Notes: generated by a model from the sequence alone, not told the origin. A stretch of 63,826 nt of DNA, filler included, from Octopus bimaculoides (GCF_001194135.2; 6 parts of 6 records of this genome joined end to end with filler, not necessarily neighbours in it); one strand, 5' to 3'. Shown: positions 1-11,578, numbered from the whole stretch's first letter. Numbers and translations: made by a program.

Positions 1-94
1 TTCAGCGAATCGCAGGGTTAGAATCTACTGCTCATTCTGCCTCAAATCAAAACCTATTTTAACAAATAAGACACATTCAACGACATAAACCTAG

Positions 95-492
95 ATACAT
101 TGGTTGGTTGGCACTCCGTCGGTTACGACGACGAGGGTTCCAGTTGATCCGATCAACGGAACAGCCTGCGCGTGAAATTAACGTGCAAGTGGTTGAGCAC
201 TCCACAGACACGTGTACTGTTAACGTTGTTCTCGGGGGAGATTCAGCGTGACATAGGGTGTGACAAGGCTGACCCTTTGAAATACAGGTACAACCGAAAC
301 AGGAAGATAGAGTGAGAGAAAGTTGTGGTGAAAGAGTACAGCAGGGTTCGTCACAACATCCTTGCCGGAGCCTTGTGGAGCTTTAGGTGTTTTCACTCAG
401 TAAACACTCACAACACCAGGTCTGGGAATCGAAACCGCGATCCTACGACTGCGAGTCCGCTGCCCTAACCACTGGGCCATTGCACCTCCACC
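95..492 (-). mobile_element. tRNA-derived SINE, family D (tRNA-Arg-like head)
   Basis: Minus strand starts GGTGGAGGTGCAATGGCCCAGTGGTTAGGGCAGCGGACTCGCAGTC...GGTTTCGATTCCC (A/B-box-like, TCG at anticodon position) and ends ...GTCGTCGTAACCGACGGAGTGCCAAC; the same body/tail recurs at 29820-30223. Confidence 0.8.
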
Positions 493-660
493 TAGATACA
501 GTATGACAACATAAACAAAGTGACAATTGAAGCATTGACGGGAAGACGGATGGCAAGGGAGTCTCATCGTAGCTGGAGCCATGCCTCACCGAAACACGAA
601 GCGATACTTGTGTCCGAATGTCACAGCGCCTGTCTCAAAATCACACGAAAATTCCCTGAG

Positions 661-931
661 TTACTCTTTTACTCGTTTCAGTCATTTGACTGCGGCCATG
701 CTGGAGCACCGCCTTTAGTCGAGCAAATCGACCGCAGGACTTATTCTTCGTAAGCCTAGTACTTATTCTATCGGCCTCTTTGGCCGAACCGCTAAGTTAC
801 GTGGACGTAAACACACCAGCATCGGTTGTCAAGCGATGGTTGGAGAGACTAACACAGACACACAAACATATATATAAATATACATATATACGACGGGCTT
901 CTTTCAGTTTCCGTCTACCAAATCCACTCAC
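661..931 (-). mobile_element. CORE-type SINE, family B, 5'-truncated
   Basis: Matches the many family-B copies in the window (TACTCTTTTACTYGTTTCAGTCATTTGACTGCGGCCATGCTGGAGCACC...). Confidence 0.85.
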
Positions 932-989
932 GTAAATGGAGTCTCCCTCTATTTAATACGTTGCTAAACAAATTCAATTAACGGACCCG

Positions 990-1016
990 TTTCGCGCAAG
1001 ACAATTTTTCCGCGAA
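990..1016. promoter_or_regulatory. Paired E2F-like motifs upstream of RBM42
   Basis: TTTCGCGC (990-997) and TTTTTCCGCGAA (1005-1016) in a short CpG-containing unique patch about 830 bp upstream of the ATG; motif match only. Confidence 0.3.
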
Positions 1017-1193
1017 GCGGTGGCAGTGGGGGGGAAATCACACGCCTAGCAAAATAATAAAATGCATAATATAATTATTACAGATATAATGCAAAAGTAA
1101 ATATTACATTGTATGTGACGCACTTCATTTCTACTATTAATTACATTGCAGACTGCAAAGTCAATAAAATATAAATTAATTTTATCTGCGTAT

Positions 1194-1356
1194 GCGCAGG
1201 AGTGGCTGTGTGGTAGGCGGCTTGTTTACCAGCTACATGGTCCGGGTTCTGTCCCACTGTGTGGCATCTTGGGCAAGTGTCTTCTACTATAGCCTCGGGC
1301 CGACCAAAGCCTTGTGAGTTGATTTGGTAGACGGAAACTGAAAGAAGCTCGTCGTA

Positions 1357-1429
<73 letters not shown>

Positions 1430-1597
1430 TTGTCCCCCTAGACAAACGATGCTGGTGTGTTTATGTCCCCGTAACTTAGAGACCGATAGAATAAGTACTA
1501 GGCTTACAATGAATAAGTCCAGGGGTCGATTTGCTCGACTAAAGGTGGTGCTCCAGCATGGCCGCAGTCAAATGACTGAAACAAGTAAAAGAGAGTA
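1194..1597 (+). mobile_element. CORE-type SINE, family B, with internal (TA)n(TG)n
   Basis: tRNA-like head GCGCAGGAGTGGCTGTGTGGT...GGTTC, CORE-like TGGCATCTTGGGCAAGTGTCTT, tail GGTGCTCCAGCATGGCCGCAGTCAAATGACTGAAACAAGTAAAAG. Confidence 0.85.
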
Positions 1598-1840
1598 GCT
1601 GACGGCTTAGAAACCACAGCTTTAAAAGATACAACACCGTTACAAAGTTGTCGTCCTTGTTTTACTCTTCTGCATTGTCAGACAATAAACGTCTACACCG
1701 TAACTTCCGTTAATGTCGGTGATTGTATTTTCTGTTCATTTAAATATTTGATTTTATTTCGAGTTTAATTCCCCCCCCCCACACACAATTTTCTCATCTA
1801 ACTGATACATCGATTAGAAGAAGAAGAAGAAGAAGACAAA

Positions 1841-1893
1841 ATGGCAATGCTTACACAAGAGAAGCTGAAGGAAATGGAGGAGGAGATGGATCG
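1841..1893 (+). CDS. RBM42: RBM42 coding exon 1 (MAMLTQEKLKEMEEEMD-R, phase 2)
   Basis: ATG at 1841; peptide resembles the conserved RBM42 N-terminal motif (..RLKEMEAEMALFEQE..); canonical donor CG|GTAAGT at 1894; phase joins exon 2. Confidence 0.85.
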
Positions 1894-1963
1894 GTAAGTT
1901 GTATGAAGACAATAACGATGTGGTTGTCTCTTGGTGTTGTTAATATCCGTAATGCGAGTGAAG

Positions 1964-2180
1964 ACGGGCGAACTGGGAGAATCGTTAGCACGCCGGTCAG
2001 AGTGCTTAACAGCATTTCGTCCATCGTTACGTTCTCAGTTCAAATTTCACCATGGTTTGGTTTGCCTTTTGTCCCTTTCGAGGGTCTGTAAAAGTACAAG
2101 TTGAATACCGGGGGTCGATGTAATCGATTTAACCCCTGTGCCGAAATTGCTGGCCTTGTGCTGAAATTTGAAACCAATAT
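1964..2180 (+). mobile_element. tRNA-derived SINE, family C (Nin/Deu-like central domain), degenerate
   Basis: Head GGGCGAACTGGGAGAATCGTTAGCACG...GTTCAAAT and TTTGCCTTT..CCTTTCGAGGGTC..AAAAGTAC shared with better copies at 29893 and 57677. Confidence 0.75.
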
Positions 2181-2580
2181 CTGTAATGCTAGTTCAAATC
2201 CCGCATAAGTCAACTTTGCCTTTCGTTCTATCACAGATCATAAAATAATCAGTCACTGCTAGATAGATTTAATCGATTATATCCTCTCCCAAAATCAATC
2301 ACTCATCACACACAAACACACACACACACACACACACACAACGGTGTTAGATCATATCACTTGCCGGACAAGTACATCTTCAAAGCATACACACGTACGT
2401 ACATACATACGCCTTTTGTTGAGTACAAGATTTGAAATCCCGTTACGTTCTATCCTACCAGATGGCGGTTTAGCATTGAGAATAATCGTTGAAATACTAA
2501 GACCCTCAGTGACTTTGAAACCCTACCACCGTTTTTTGGGCTTGTTTATGTCTGGAGTTAAGCCTGTACGCACACGCACA

Positions 2581-2706
2581 CACACAGCTGTAGAAACTCT
2601 GCCAAATCAGATTGGAGCCTGGTGCAGCCATCTGGTTCACCAGTCCTCAGTCAAATCGTCCAACCCATGCTAGCATGGAAAGCGGACGTTAAACGATGAT
2701 GATGAT
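2581..2706 (+). mobile_element. SINE family A 3' part with (GAT)n tail; repeated at 3078-3201 across an N gap
   Basis: CAGCTGTAGAAACTCTGCC...CCCATGCTAGCATGGAAAGCGGACGTTAAACGATGATGATG, identical on both sides of the gap. Confidence 0.85.
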
Positions 2707-3739
2707 ATATATATGGCACTGTCATGGTATTAGCTGTCAGAATTGAAAGTAGAACTGACAAGGAACGTTACTGCTGGTTTGAGTTGATTCTTTGGCTACT
2801 GACTAGCCTGAGCTATCTATCTGTCTGTCTGTCTATCTCNNNNNNNNNNNNNNNNNNNNNNNNNNNNNNNNNNNNNNNNNNNNNNNNNNNNNNNNNNNNN
2901 NNNNNNNNNNNNNNNNNNNNNNNNNNNNNNNNNNNNNNNNNNNNNNNNNNNNNNNNNNNNNNNNNNNNNNNNNNNNNNNNNNNNNNNNNNNNNNNNNNNN
3001 NNNNNNNNNNNNNNNNNNNNNNNNNNNNNNNNNNNNNNNNNNNNNNNNNNNNNNNNNNNNNNNNNNNNNNNNNNNNNCACAGCTGTAGAAACTCTGCCAA
3101 ATCAGATTGGAGCCTGGTGCAGCCATCTGGTTCACCAGTCCTCAGTCAAATCGTCCAACCCATGCTAGCATGGAAAGCGGACGTTAAACGATGATGATGA
3201 TATATATATGGCACTGTCATGGTATTAGCTGTCAGTAGCCAAAGAATCAACTCAAACCAGCAGTAACGTTCCTTCAGATTTTTCTACTTTCACTTCTGAC
3301 AGCTAATACCATGACAGTGCCATATATATATATATATATTTGGGAGGGCACTTATTGTGATCATGTTGAAACGAAATCTTAAATAACAATAACTGGCTGG
3401 TACCATTAGGCAAAAGATATAACAATATCCTGGACATGACTGGGACCTACTTATTTTGATAAGAATAAACGTTTGATAATGTTTTAAGCGATTATAATGG
3501 GCAGCTTTACTACAAACATTGATTTAGCTGCTACGTTTAGCAAATTGAACAACAGTTTAGAAGTCTCCCCGACAGTTCATTACCTTTTACCATTCAGATT
3601 ACTGTCAAATGTAATGCTTATTCACATTGTTTTGATCTGGTAAAGACTCCCATCGGTCATGCATGCCCATGGCATTGCACCGAGAAAGTCACTCTTCAAG
3701 ACACAAGTTCACGCAAGGTTCTTTATGGAAACCCCACCA

Positions 3740-3915
3740 ATTATCCAAGGGAAAGGCAAAGGCCGATACAGCTTGACACCAGTGACATCACAACTCATTT
3801 CTATGGTTCAGTGTACTGGAGCAACATGAAATAGAATGTCTTGCTCAAGAACACAATACACATCCCAGTCCTGTAATTGAACTCACTACCTCTAACCACT
3901 AAGTCATTCGCCTGT
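3740..3915 (-). mobile_element. Degenerate CORE-type SINE
   Basis: Reverse complement contains GTGTTCTTGAGCAAGACATT..TTTCATGTTGCTCCAGTACACTGAACC, same module as 24608-24827. Confidence 0.6.
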
Positions 3916-4240
3916 TTTCAATTAATCCTGCATTATCTTGTAGTTTTGAGATTTCAATGAGGTGGATTGTAGGGCACGTGTGTTTCTATGTTTTGTTGTA
4001 TTGTCTGCTATTCTTCATATGGCTGACCCTGAAACTGCCTGGTTGCAAAGTGAACCCTCTCAACCACACAGCTGTCCCTGTGTCTTCATACCCATTTATC
4101 ATGAAATGTAAATGAATCATGTATTCAGACTGGAATTGCATATGCAAATTCTGCCATTTTATAGATGGATGCATGTGTGCAATCATTTCATATCCCAAGG
4201 GGCAATAAATGGCCAAAATCCCAAACACTTCCTTTCTTTT

Positions 4241-4454
4241 TTATCTTTTTAGTTTTTACTTGTTTCGGTCATTAGACTGTGGCCAATGAATTAACCCTTG
4301 AATTTTTTTTTTTTCTGTTTAAACCTGATGCTTATTCTCTCTGTCTCTTTTGCCGAACCACTATCTTATGGGGACATAAACACACCGACACCAGTTGTCA
4401 AGGCAGTGGTGGGGAACAAACACAAAGACTCAACACACTCCACACAGATATGTG

Positions 4455-4549
<95 letters not shown>

Positions 4550-4675
4550 GAAAGTTTCTTTGAGTTTCTGTCTATCAAATCCACTCACAAACCTTTGGTC
4601 AGCCCAGTGCTATAGTAGAACTAACTCGCCTAAGATGGCACGCAGTGGGACTGAACCCGGAACCATGTGGTTCTC
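4241..4675 (-). mobile_element. SINE family B, degenerate, expanded (TA)n(CA)n
   Basis: Similarity to other B copies at both ends. Confidence 0.75.
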
Positions 4676-4883
4676 AAGGGTTAATGACTGTATAAAGACA
4701 TGAAGCCTGGTAAATTACAGAGATGGACTTGCATACCCAGTGTTTGATCTGAGATCCAGTGTTGAAACGTAAGCAGTTGCAGTATGGAAGACACAAGTTA
4801 GCCTTTCAGAAACGTACAAAGACCATTAACTTTGGTTCACCCTTTTAAGCTAGTGTTTGGAGCATATTATTATTACTATTATT

Positions 4884-5100
4884 AAGGTAGCGAGCTGGCA
4901 GAGTCGTTAGTGTGGACAAAACACTTAGAGGTATTACTCATGTCACTACATTCTGAGTTTAAATTCTATCAAGCTCAACTTTGCCTTTCATTTTTTTGGG
5001 GTCAATAAATTAAGTATCAGTGAAACACTGGGGTTGATGTAATCAACTAGTCCCCTCCCCAAAAATTTCAGGTCTTGTGCCTTTAGTAGAAAGGATTATT
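4884..5100 (+). mobile_element. SINE family C
   Basis: GGTAGCGAGCTGGCAGAGTCGTTAG head, CTTTGCCTTTCAT..GGGGTCAATAAATTAAGTA domain, (ATT)n tail; sits in TTA repeats. Confidence 0.75.
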
Positions 5101-5367
5101 ATTATTATTCATTTTGTTCATGTCCAAGTACGTGTGTATCCATCATTATTTTATCTATTTTATTCAATTTTAGAAAAATTGAGGCATGTCTGACAATTCC
5201 AGAACATATTGAATTTACTTTGAACATGACTTTTAGCCCACCCCGTATTACTGATATGTTATTTGAAACAGGGCAATTCTACCTGCTTGAAGGATCTTGT
5301 CTATTTTTTTTAAAATTGTTGAATTGCTTTCCTAACTTTTTTCTTTTGTTGTTTTTGTCTCTGAAAG

Positions 5368-5591
5368 GTTTGAACAGGAGATTCTTGTTCCTTCCAATGA
5401 AGATGAAAATGATATTCCAAGAATGATCATCGGTTCAAACACTTACACAAAGGTTCAAGCCCAGCTGAAGTTGGCTCGACATCCAGGGGAAGAATTTCCT
5501 GTCAGTTCAGCTCCCAGAATGGTTATGGATAAGTGCCTTCAACGAACATCTTCACATATCACTCCGACTTCTATGGAAATACCCTTATCAG
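5368..5591 (+). CDS. RBM42: RBM42 coding exon 2 (FEQEILVP...RMIIGSNTYTKVQAQL...IPLS)
   Basis: Pyrimidine tract + AAG acceptor at 5366-5367; FEQE and IIGSNTYxxVQ match RBM42 (FEQEV..PIIATNTYQQVQ); donor CAG|GTTTGT at 5592 is the best phase-1 donor needed to join exon 3. 5' end firm, 3' end inferred. Confidence 0.75.
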
Positions 5592-5605
5592 GTTTGTCAA
5601 TTTTA

Positions 5606-5992
5606 CATAGAATTTTGTTGACTGTTCTTTGAGCCACTTCTTCACTACAGTTTTCACTTCCTCGTCACTGGAATAATGTTTGCCTCTCAAACCCTCTTTC
5701 ATGGGGCTGAAGCGATATTAGTCTGAAGGCGCTTAATTATTCCAGTGATGAGGAAGTAAAAACTGTAGTGAAGAAGTGGCTCAAAGAACAGTCAACAGAA
5801 TTTTATGGGGCAGGGATACATGATCTCATTCGAAGGTGGAACATAGCTATTGAGAGAAACGGGGACTATGTTGAGAAGCAGGTATGTGATCCACAGAGGA
5901 CCAGCTTCATTTTGATGTATGATACATGTTCCTGCGTTGGTAATTATCCATGTCCTAAACAAAATGGCATTACTTTTTGACTCACCCTCGTA
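5606..5992 (+). mobile_element. Mariner 3' fragment with inverted partial duplicate
   Basis: YSSDEEVKTVVKKWLKEQSTEFYGAGIHDLIRRWNIAIERNGDYVEK is a mariner transposase C-terminus; right TIR ...ATTACTTTTTGACTCACCCTCG + TA; 5606-5706 is an inverted copy. Confidence 0.85.
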
Positions 5993-6239
5993 AAACAGGT
6001 AGAATATTTTGGCTGGATATATCCAGTTTAACTGCTAAAGGGTTAAATCATGGAATATCCACAGGATCAACTAGTTATTGTTATTACTTCAATAGTTTTA
6101 TATGTTTCTTCTATACTCTTCAATGCACCTCCAAATTCTTCAGTTGTCTGCAGTGTTGGTTGGGATTTAGAAATTGTTTTGCATCAGTTTTACTTCGTTA
6201 TGGGGGTTAGTTTTGTTTTGTTTCTATAATTTTTGTGTA

Positions 6240-6428
6240 CGAGGAGGTGCTGAGGAGTTCCTGGCTTATCGTGAAAGGCCCAGCTGGAAGACCAACCTTC
6301 CAAGTTCTTTTACAGGGCTTAAAAAAATTGAAGGATCGCTGTATTAAGAGGGGAATATATTGAATAAAATCATAATTAACTGATCTACCAGTTTTACCCC
6401 AAGCTAGGAACTTTTCAGCACCCGCTTG
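6240..6428 (+). mobile_element. Mariner-derived MITE
   Basis: TA-CGAGGAGGTGCTGAGGAGTTCCTGGCTT ... AAGCTAGGAACTTTTCAGCACCCGCTTG imperfect TIRs around a short transposase-end remnant. Confidence 0.65.
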
Positions 6429-6716
6429 TGTGTATCGTGTAAGTTGTCTGGTTTTGTTGTTGGGTGATGCATTGTGTATTGTATATGCTGTGTGGTCCGT
6501 GAAATGTGGTTTGGTTTTAGTTGTCAGATGATGATTGTGTCATGCTAGAATTAGATGGCGAATCTGCAGAGTTGTATGTCTATCAGATAATTTTATTCCA
6601 CGAAATGTTGTTCCAAAAATTGTTGTGCTCCAGCATGGCTGCAGTCAAATTACTGAAACAAGTAAAAGAATAAATGCAAATAGTGTCACTTCCTTTTAAT
6701 ACTCGTCTCATTTCTG

Positions 6717-6751
<35 letters not shown>

Positions 6752-6754
6752 CAG

Positions 6755-7493
6755 TTTTGTCAGCTCCTCCACCACCTCCACCACCACCAGCAGGTCACCC
6801 ACAAATGCATTTTACAAGACCACCGCCGCCGCCCCCTCACCCACCACCCATGCCTCGGCCTGCTCCTGCCTTTTTACCCCATCAGCTGCGACATCGTCCA
6901 CCGATGCCAGTGCGACACCCTATGCACATGCCCCCCAGGCCGGCTGGCATGCCACCATTCCAACCCCCTCCACCCAGGCCACCTATGATGGGCAACATGA
7001 GCGGTAGCAACCCTCCGCCCATGCCAAACCCAATGATGATGTCTCAACAACGATCTTTCATAGGTCCTCCTCCTCCGGGGACTATGTTCCCACCTCATTC
7101 CCTTGACACAGGCCCTAAGCCAGACAGTGTGTTGCCCCAAATGGTCAACATTGAAAAACCCCAAGTCATTTATTCAGCTCCTCCCACAAGTAAAGGCAAA
7201 AAATCTGAAGGCAATAAACAACCGCACAGCTCGTCCTTGAATGTGCCGCATGGTGCCAGCAACATGTCATCAATCCAAACTACTACGTCCTCGACAGTAG
7301 CCGCAGCCTCGTATCAGATGGCTGACAGTTCCCAGGTGACCCCTGCCGACAACACAGCAGAAGAGGAGAAATCATCGATGGAGATATCGAATGATAATGA
7401 TGTGACTGTGCAACAGAAGAGAGACAAAAAGGAGAAGAAAAGAAAATTCATTCGAACAGCTGCTGGTCAAATTTGGGAAGATGCTACCTTAAC
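6755..7493 (+). CDS. RBM42: RBM42 coding exon 3 (Pro-rich region to KKRKFIRTAAGQIWEDATL); 3' end in gap
   Basis: 34-T tract + CAG acceptor; uninterrupted ORF; C-terminal IRTAAGxxWEDxxL is the RBM42 pre-RRM motif; sequence enters N gap at 7494. Confidence 0.9.
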
Positions 7494-7860
7494 NNNNNNN
7501 NNNNNNNNNNNNNNNNNNNNNNNNNNNNNNNNNNNNNNNNNNNNNNNNNNNNNNNNNNNNNNNNNNNNNNNNNNNNNNNNNNNNNNNNNNNNNNNNNNNN
7601 NNNNNNNNNNNNNNNNNNNNNNNNNNNNNNNNNNNNNNNNNNNNNNNNNNNNNNNNNNNNNNNNNNNNNNNNNNNNNNNNNNNNNNNNNNNNNNNNNNNN
7701 NNNNNNNNNNNNNNNNNNNNNNNNNNNNNNNNNNNNNNNNNNNNNNNNNNNNNNNNNNNNNNNNNNNNNNNNNNNNNNNNNNNNNNNNNNNNNNNNNNNN
7801 NNNNNNNNNNNNNNNNNNNNNNNNNNNNNNNNNNNNNNNNNNNNNNNNNNNNNNNNNNNN

Positions 7861-8075
7861 ATCACTGCCAGAGCAGCGGTCTCGCTCCCATGCCAGTGGT
7901 ACGTAAAAAGCACCCACTACACTCGGAGTGGTTGGCGTTAGGAAGGGCATCTAGCTGTAGAAACTCTGCCAGATCATATTGGAGTCTGGTGTAGCCATCT
8001 GATTTGCTAGTCCCCAGTCAAATCGTCCAACCCATGCTAGCATGGAAAGCAGCCGTTAAATGACAATGATGGTGA
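7861..8075 (+). mobile_element. SINE family A
   Basis: GTGGTACGTAAAAAGCACCCACTAC..GAGTGGTTGGCGTTAGGAAGGGCATC...CCCATGCTAGCATGG tail. Confidence 0.85.
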
Positions 8076-8102
8076 CGATGATATATATATATATATATAT
8101 TA

Positions 8103-8478
8103 TACTCTTTACTCTTTTACTTGTTTCAGTCATTTGACTGTGGCCATGCTGGAGCACCACCTTTAGTCGAGCAAATCGACCCCAGGACTTATTCTTTGGA
8201 AGCTTAGTACTTATTCTATCGGTCACTTTTGCCAAACCGCTAAGTTATGGGGACGTAAACAACCAGCATCGGTTGTCAAGCGATGTTGGGGGGACAAACA
8301 CAGACACACAAACATATACACACATACACATATATATATACATATATACGACGGGCTTCTTTCAGTTTCCGTCTACCAAATCCACTCACAAGGCTTTGGT
8401 CGGCCTGAGGCTATAGTAGAAGACACTTGCCCAAGGTGCCACGCAGTGGGACTGAACCCGGAACCATGTGGTTGGTGA
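8103..8478 (-). mobile_element. SINE family B, near full length
   Basis: High similarity to B consensus seen in window. Confidence 0.9.
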
Positions 8479-9256
8479 ATGGTCAATCTGAGGGCTTTAG
8501 TAGAAAACCTTTGCCCACATTGTTACAAGGCAAAGTTCTTAACTTGCCCAATCGTCCAACCCATGCTTGATTTTTTTTTTTTTTCCATCCTCATTACTTT
8601 ATTTTATATCTTGTTAAGGCAATCATCATCGTCATCATCATCATCGTTTAACGTCTGCTTTCCATGCTAGCATGGGTTGGACAATGAGCTGACTAAATTA
8701 TTAGCACATCAGGCATTGGCTTTATATTGTTCGGAGTTAAGACCCCACCAAGTACAACTTTCTTTTTTCCCTTTCAGAGTTGATTAAATAAATAAAGTAC
8801 CAACTAAATACTGAGGTTGATGTAATTAACTATCTCCCTCCCGTCAAAAATTACTGGCCTTCTTTCAGACAAAATTAGAAAGAATTATTTTATATCAATC
8901 ATTTTGTGAATAGCAGTTTGTGTGTGTGCATGTGACTGGCTTCTGCACAGCTTTCACATACCAAATTTCACTCACAAGGCATTGGTGCCAGACAATGGGA
9001 TCGAAACTGATGGAAACAACTTCTTAACTGTACAGTCATGTGGATATGTGATAAGATTTATCAACTCATTGTGAACTTATACAGAGTTGTCAGTGTAATG
9101 GCAAAAAAACCTGTTTTGCTATTTTGAATGTAAACAGAGTTATGCACCTTACTGCAAGAAGCTACACACAAGATGCAAGTAGGTTTCAAATCTTGAGCTT
9201 GTAGTCAATAGACCAATACCTTGGTCACACAGCTAATATATAATATATATTTATAT

Positions 9257-9597
9257 ATCGTCGCCCTTCTGGTACTTGTGCCGGGGGCACGTGTAAAAAC
9301 TTTCGAGCGAGATCGTTGCCAGTGCCGCTGGGCTGGCTCCTGTGCAGGTGGCACGTAAAATACACTATTTCGAGCGTGGCCGTTGCCAGTACCGCCTGAC
9401 TGGCCTTCGTGCCGGTGGCACGTAAGAGCACCCACTACACTCTCTGAGTGGTTGGCGTTAGGAAGGGCATCCAGCTGTAGAAACCCTGCCAAATCAGATT
9501 GGAGCCTGGTGTAGCCATCTGGTTCACCAGTCCTCGGTCAAATCGTCCAACCCATGCTAGCATGGAAAGCGGATGTTAAACGATGATGATGATGAAG
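9257..9597 (+). mobile_element. SINE family A with tandem 5' units
   Basis: Two to three ~60-bp GGCACGTAAAA units, central TTAGGAAGGGCATCCAGCTGTAGAAAC, (GAT)n tail. Confidence 0.9.
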
Positions 9598-9764
9598 ATA
9601 TATATATATATATATATATTTGTTTTGCAAGATTTTTGATGTGAAGGACACGCATGCATAGACACANNNNNNNNNNNNNNNNNNNNNNNNNNNNNNNNNN
9701 NNNNNNNNNNNNNNNNNNNNNNNNNNNNNNNNNNNNNNNNTATATATATATATATATATATATA

Positions 9765-10080
9765 TGTCATCATCATTTTACATCCGACTTCCATGCATGC
9801 ATGGGTAGGACAGTTGATAGAAGCTGGCCAGGTAGAAGACTACCCCAGGCAACTGTGTCTGTTTTGGCAGGGTTTTTATGGCTGGGTACCCTTCCTAAGA
9901 CCAGCCACTCTGCAGAGTGGACTGAGTGCTTTTTACATGGTACTAGCACAGGTGAGGTCAGTTTTAGCATGTTTTTTTTTACAGCTGGATGCCCTTCCAA
10001 ATGCTAACCACTTTACAGTGTGGACTGGGTGCCCTTTACATGGAACCAGCACCAGCAAGGCCACCATGTAACTTGCAAGA
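9765..10080 (-). mobile_element. Diverged SINE family A copy
   Basis: CATCATCATTTTACATCCGACTTCCATGC tail and GGATGCCCTTCC..CTAACCA module on reverse strand. Confidence 0.65.
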
Positions 10081-10925
10081 CAAGGAATTTTGAGAGGGAC
10101 GGAGACATTGGAAGAGGGGATCTTGTGTCAGATGATGAATGGTTAAGTGTTACAGAGAGACAGAGGCAAAAACATCATCATCATCATCATTTAATGTCCA
10201 TGTTCCATGCAGGCAGGAGTTGAATGTTTTGACAGGATCCAGTGTGTCTAAGGACTGCATTGAGCCCCAGTGCCTGTTTTGCAAGGTTTTCACAGTTGAA
10301 TACCTTTTCCTAGTGCCAATCACATTACAGCATAGACCAAGTGATTTTTCTGTACCACCTGCACTTCTGAAATTGCCTTGTAGTTTGCAGGGCTACAAGC
10401 CCTGAGGGGTAGTGTGCAGGTCGCCTTCATGCTAGGGGATTACTATGAGGGTTGAGAAGGGTTAGCAGCAACAAAGGTATCCAAGGTGTTTTTAACTCAG
10501 TTTTGTACCTGCTATTTATGGCTTTATCTCCTTTTATTTCCACCATTAATAAAGAACTATTTCATATCTCTTGCAGTTTCTAAATTCTTAGGACATATAT
10601 NNNNNNNNNNNNNNNNNNNNNNNNNNNNNNNNNNNNNNNNNNNNNNNNNNNNNNNNNNNNNNNNNNNNNNNNNNNNNNNNNNNNNNNNNNNNNNNNNNNN
10701 NNNNNNNNNNNNNNNNNNNNNNNNNNNNNNNNNNNNNNNNNNNNNNNNNNNNNNNNNNNNNNNNNNNNNNNNNNNNNNNNNNNNNNNNNNNNNNNNNNNN
10801 NNNNNNNNNNNNNNNNNNNNNNNNNNNNNNNNNNNNNNNNNNNNNNNNNNNNNNNNNNNNNNNNNNNNNNNNNNNNNNNNNNNNNNNNNNNNNNNNNNNN
10901 NNNNNNNNNNNNNNNNNNNNNNNNN

Positions 10926-10970
<45 letters not shown>

Positions 10971-11383
10971 ATAAAGGAGACCACTAGGTGGACTGTTAAT
11001 GTGCTAGAAGAAGATCACATGTAATGTGTCTACTAAGACCGAATTGTTCTCAAAGAAAAATTTAGCGAAGCAACAAAACGTATACAGGCAAGACAAGTGA
11101 AAATTACATAAATACATACGATATTATCCGTAGACCGGTTTCGAAATTAATATTTCCTTACCGAAAATATCTGTTTCTATGGATAATATTGTATCTCAGT
11201 TCACATGGTATCAAAGTCTGTCATAATATATGTAATCTATATAGTACATATATAAACAGAGCTAATTGAGCTGTTTTGCCTTAGATTAAAAATATCATGA
11301 ACGACCTTAATACTTGCAGACAAACAAACAAACAAACAAGTACATTTATTTATAATTAATTTACAATTTTGTTTCTTCTGCAG

Positions 11384-11578
11384 ATGATTTTCGGATATTT
11401 TGTGGCGATTTGGGCAACGAAGTCACTGATGAGATTTTAACGAGAGCGTTTTCGAAATTCGCATCATTTGTTAAGGCCAAAGTTGTCCGAGACAAAAGGA
11501 GCAATAAAACCAAAGGCTATGGGTTTGTCAGCTTCAAAGACCCCAATGACTTTGTCAGAGCCATGCGAGAAATGAATG
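11384..11578 (+). CDS. RBM42: RBM42 coding exon 4 (RRM: DFRIFCGDLGNEVTDEILTRAF...KGYGFVSFKDPNDFVRAMREMN-G)
   Basis: Acceptor TTCTTCTGCAG, donor G|GTAAGT; RNP2 IFCGDL and RNP1 KGYGFVSF; closely matches the RBM42 RRM as I recall it; 195 nt, phase 1-1. Confidence 0.97.

Noticed and set aside
421-492. tRNA-like sequences at heads of families B, C and D
   Set aside because: No complete cloverleaf or acceptor stem; they continue into SINE bodies.
5522-5527. GTTATG as the exon-2 donor
   Set aside because: Phase 0, incompatible with either exon-3 acceptor; 5592 fits phase and consensus better.
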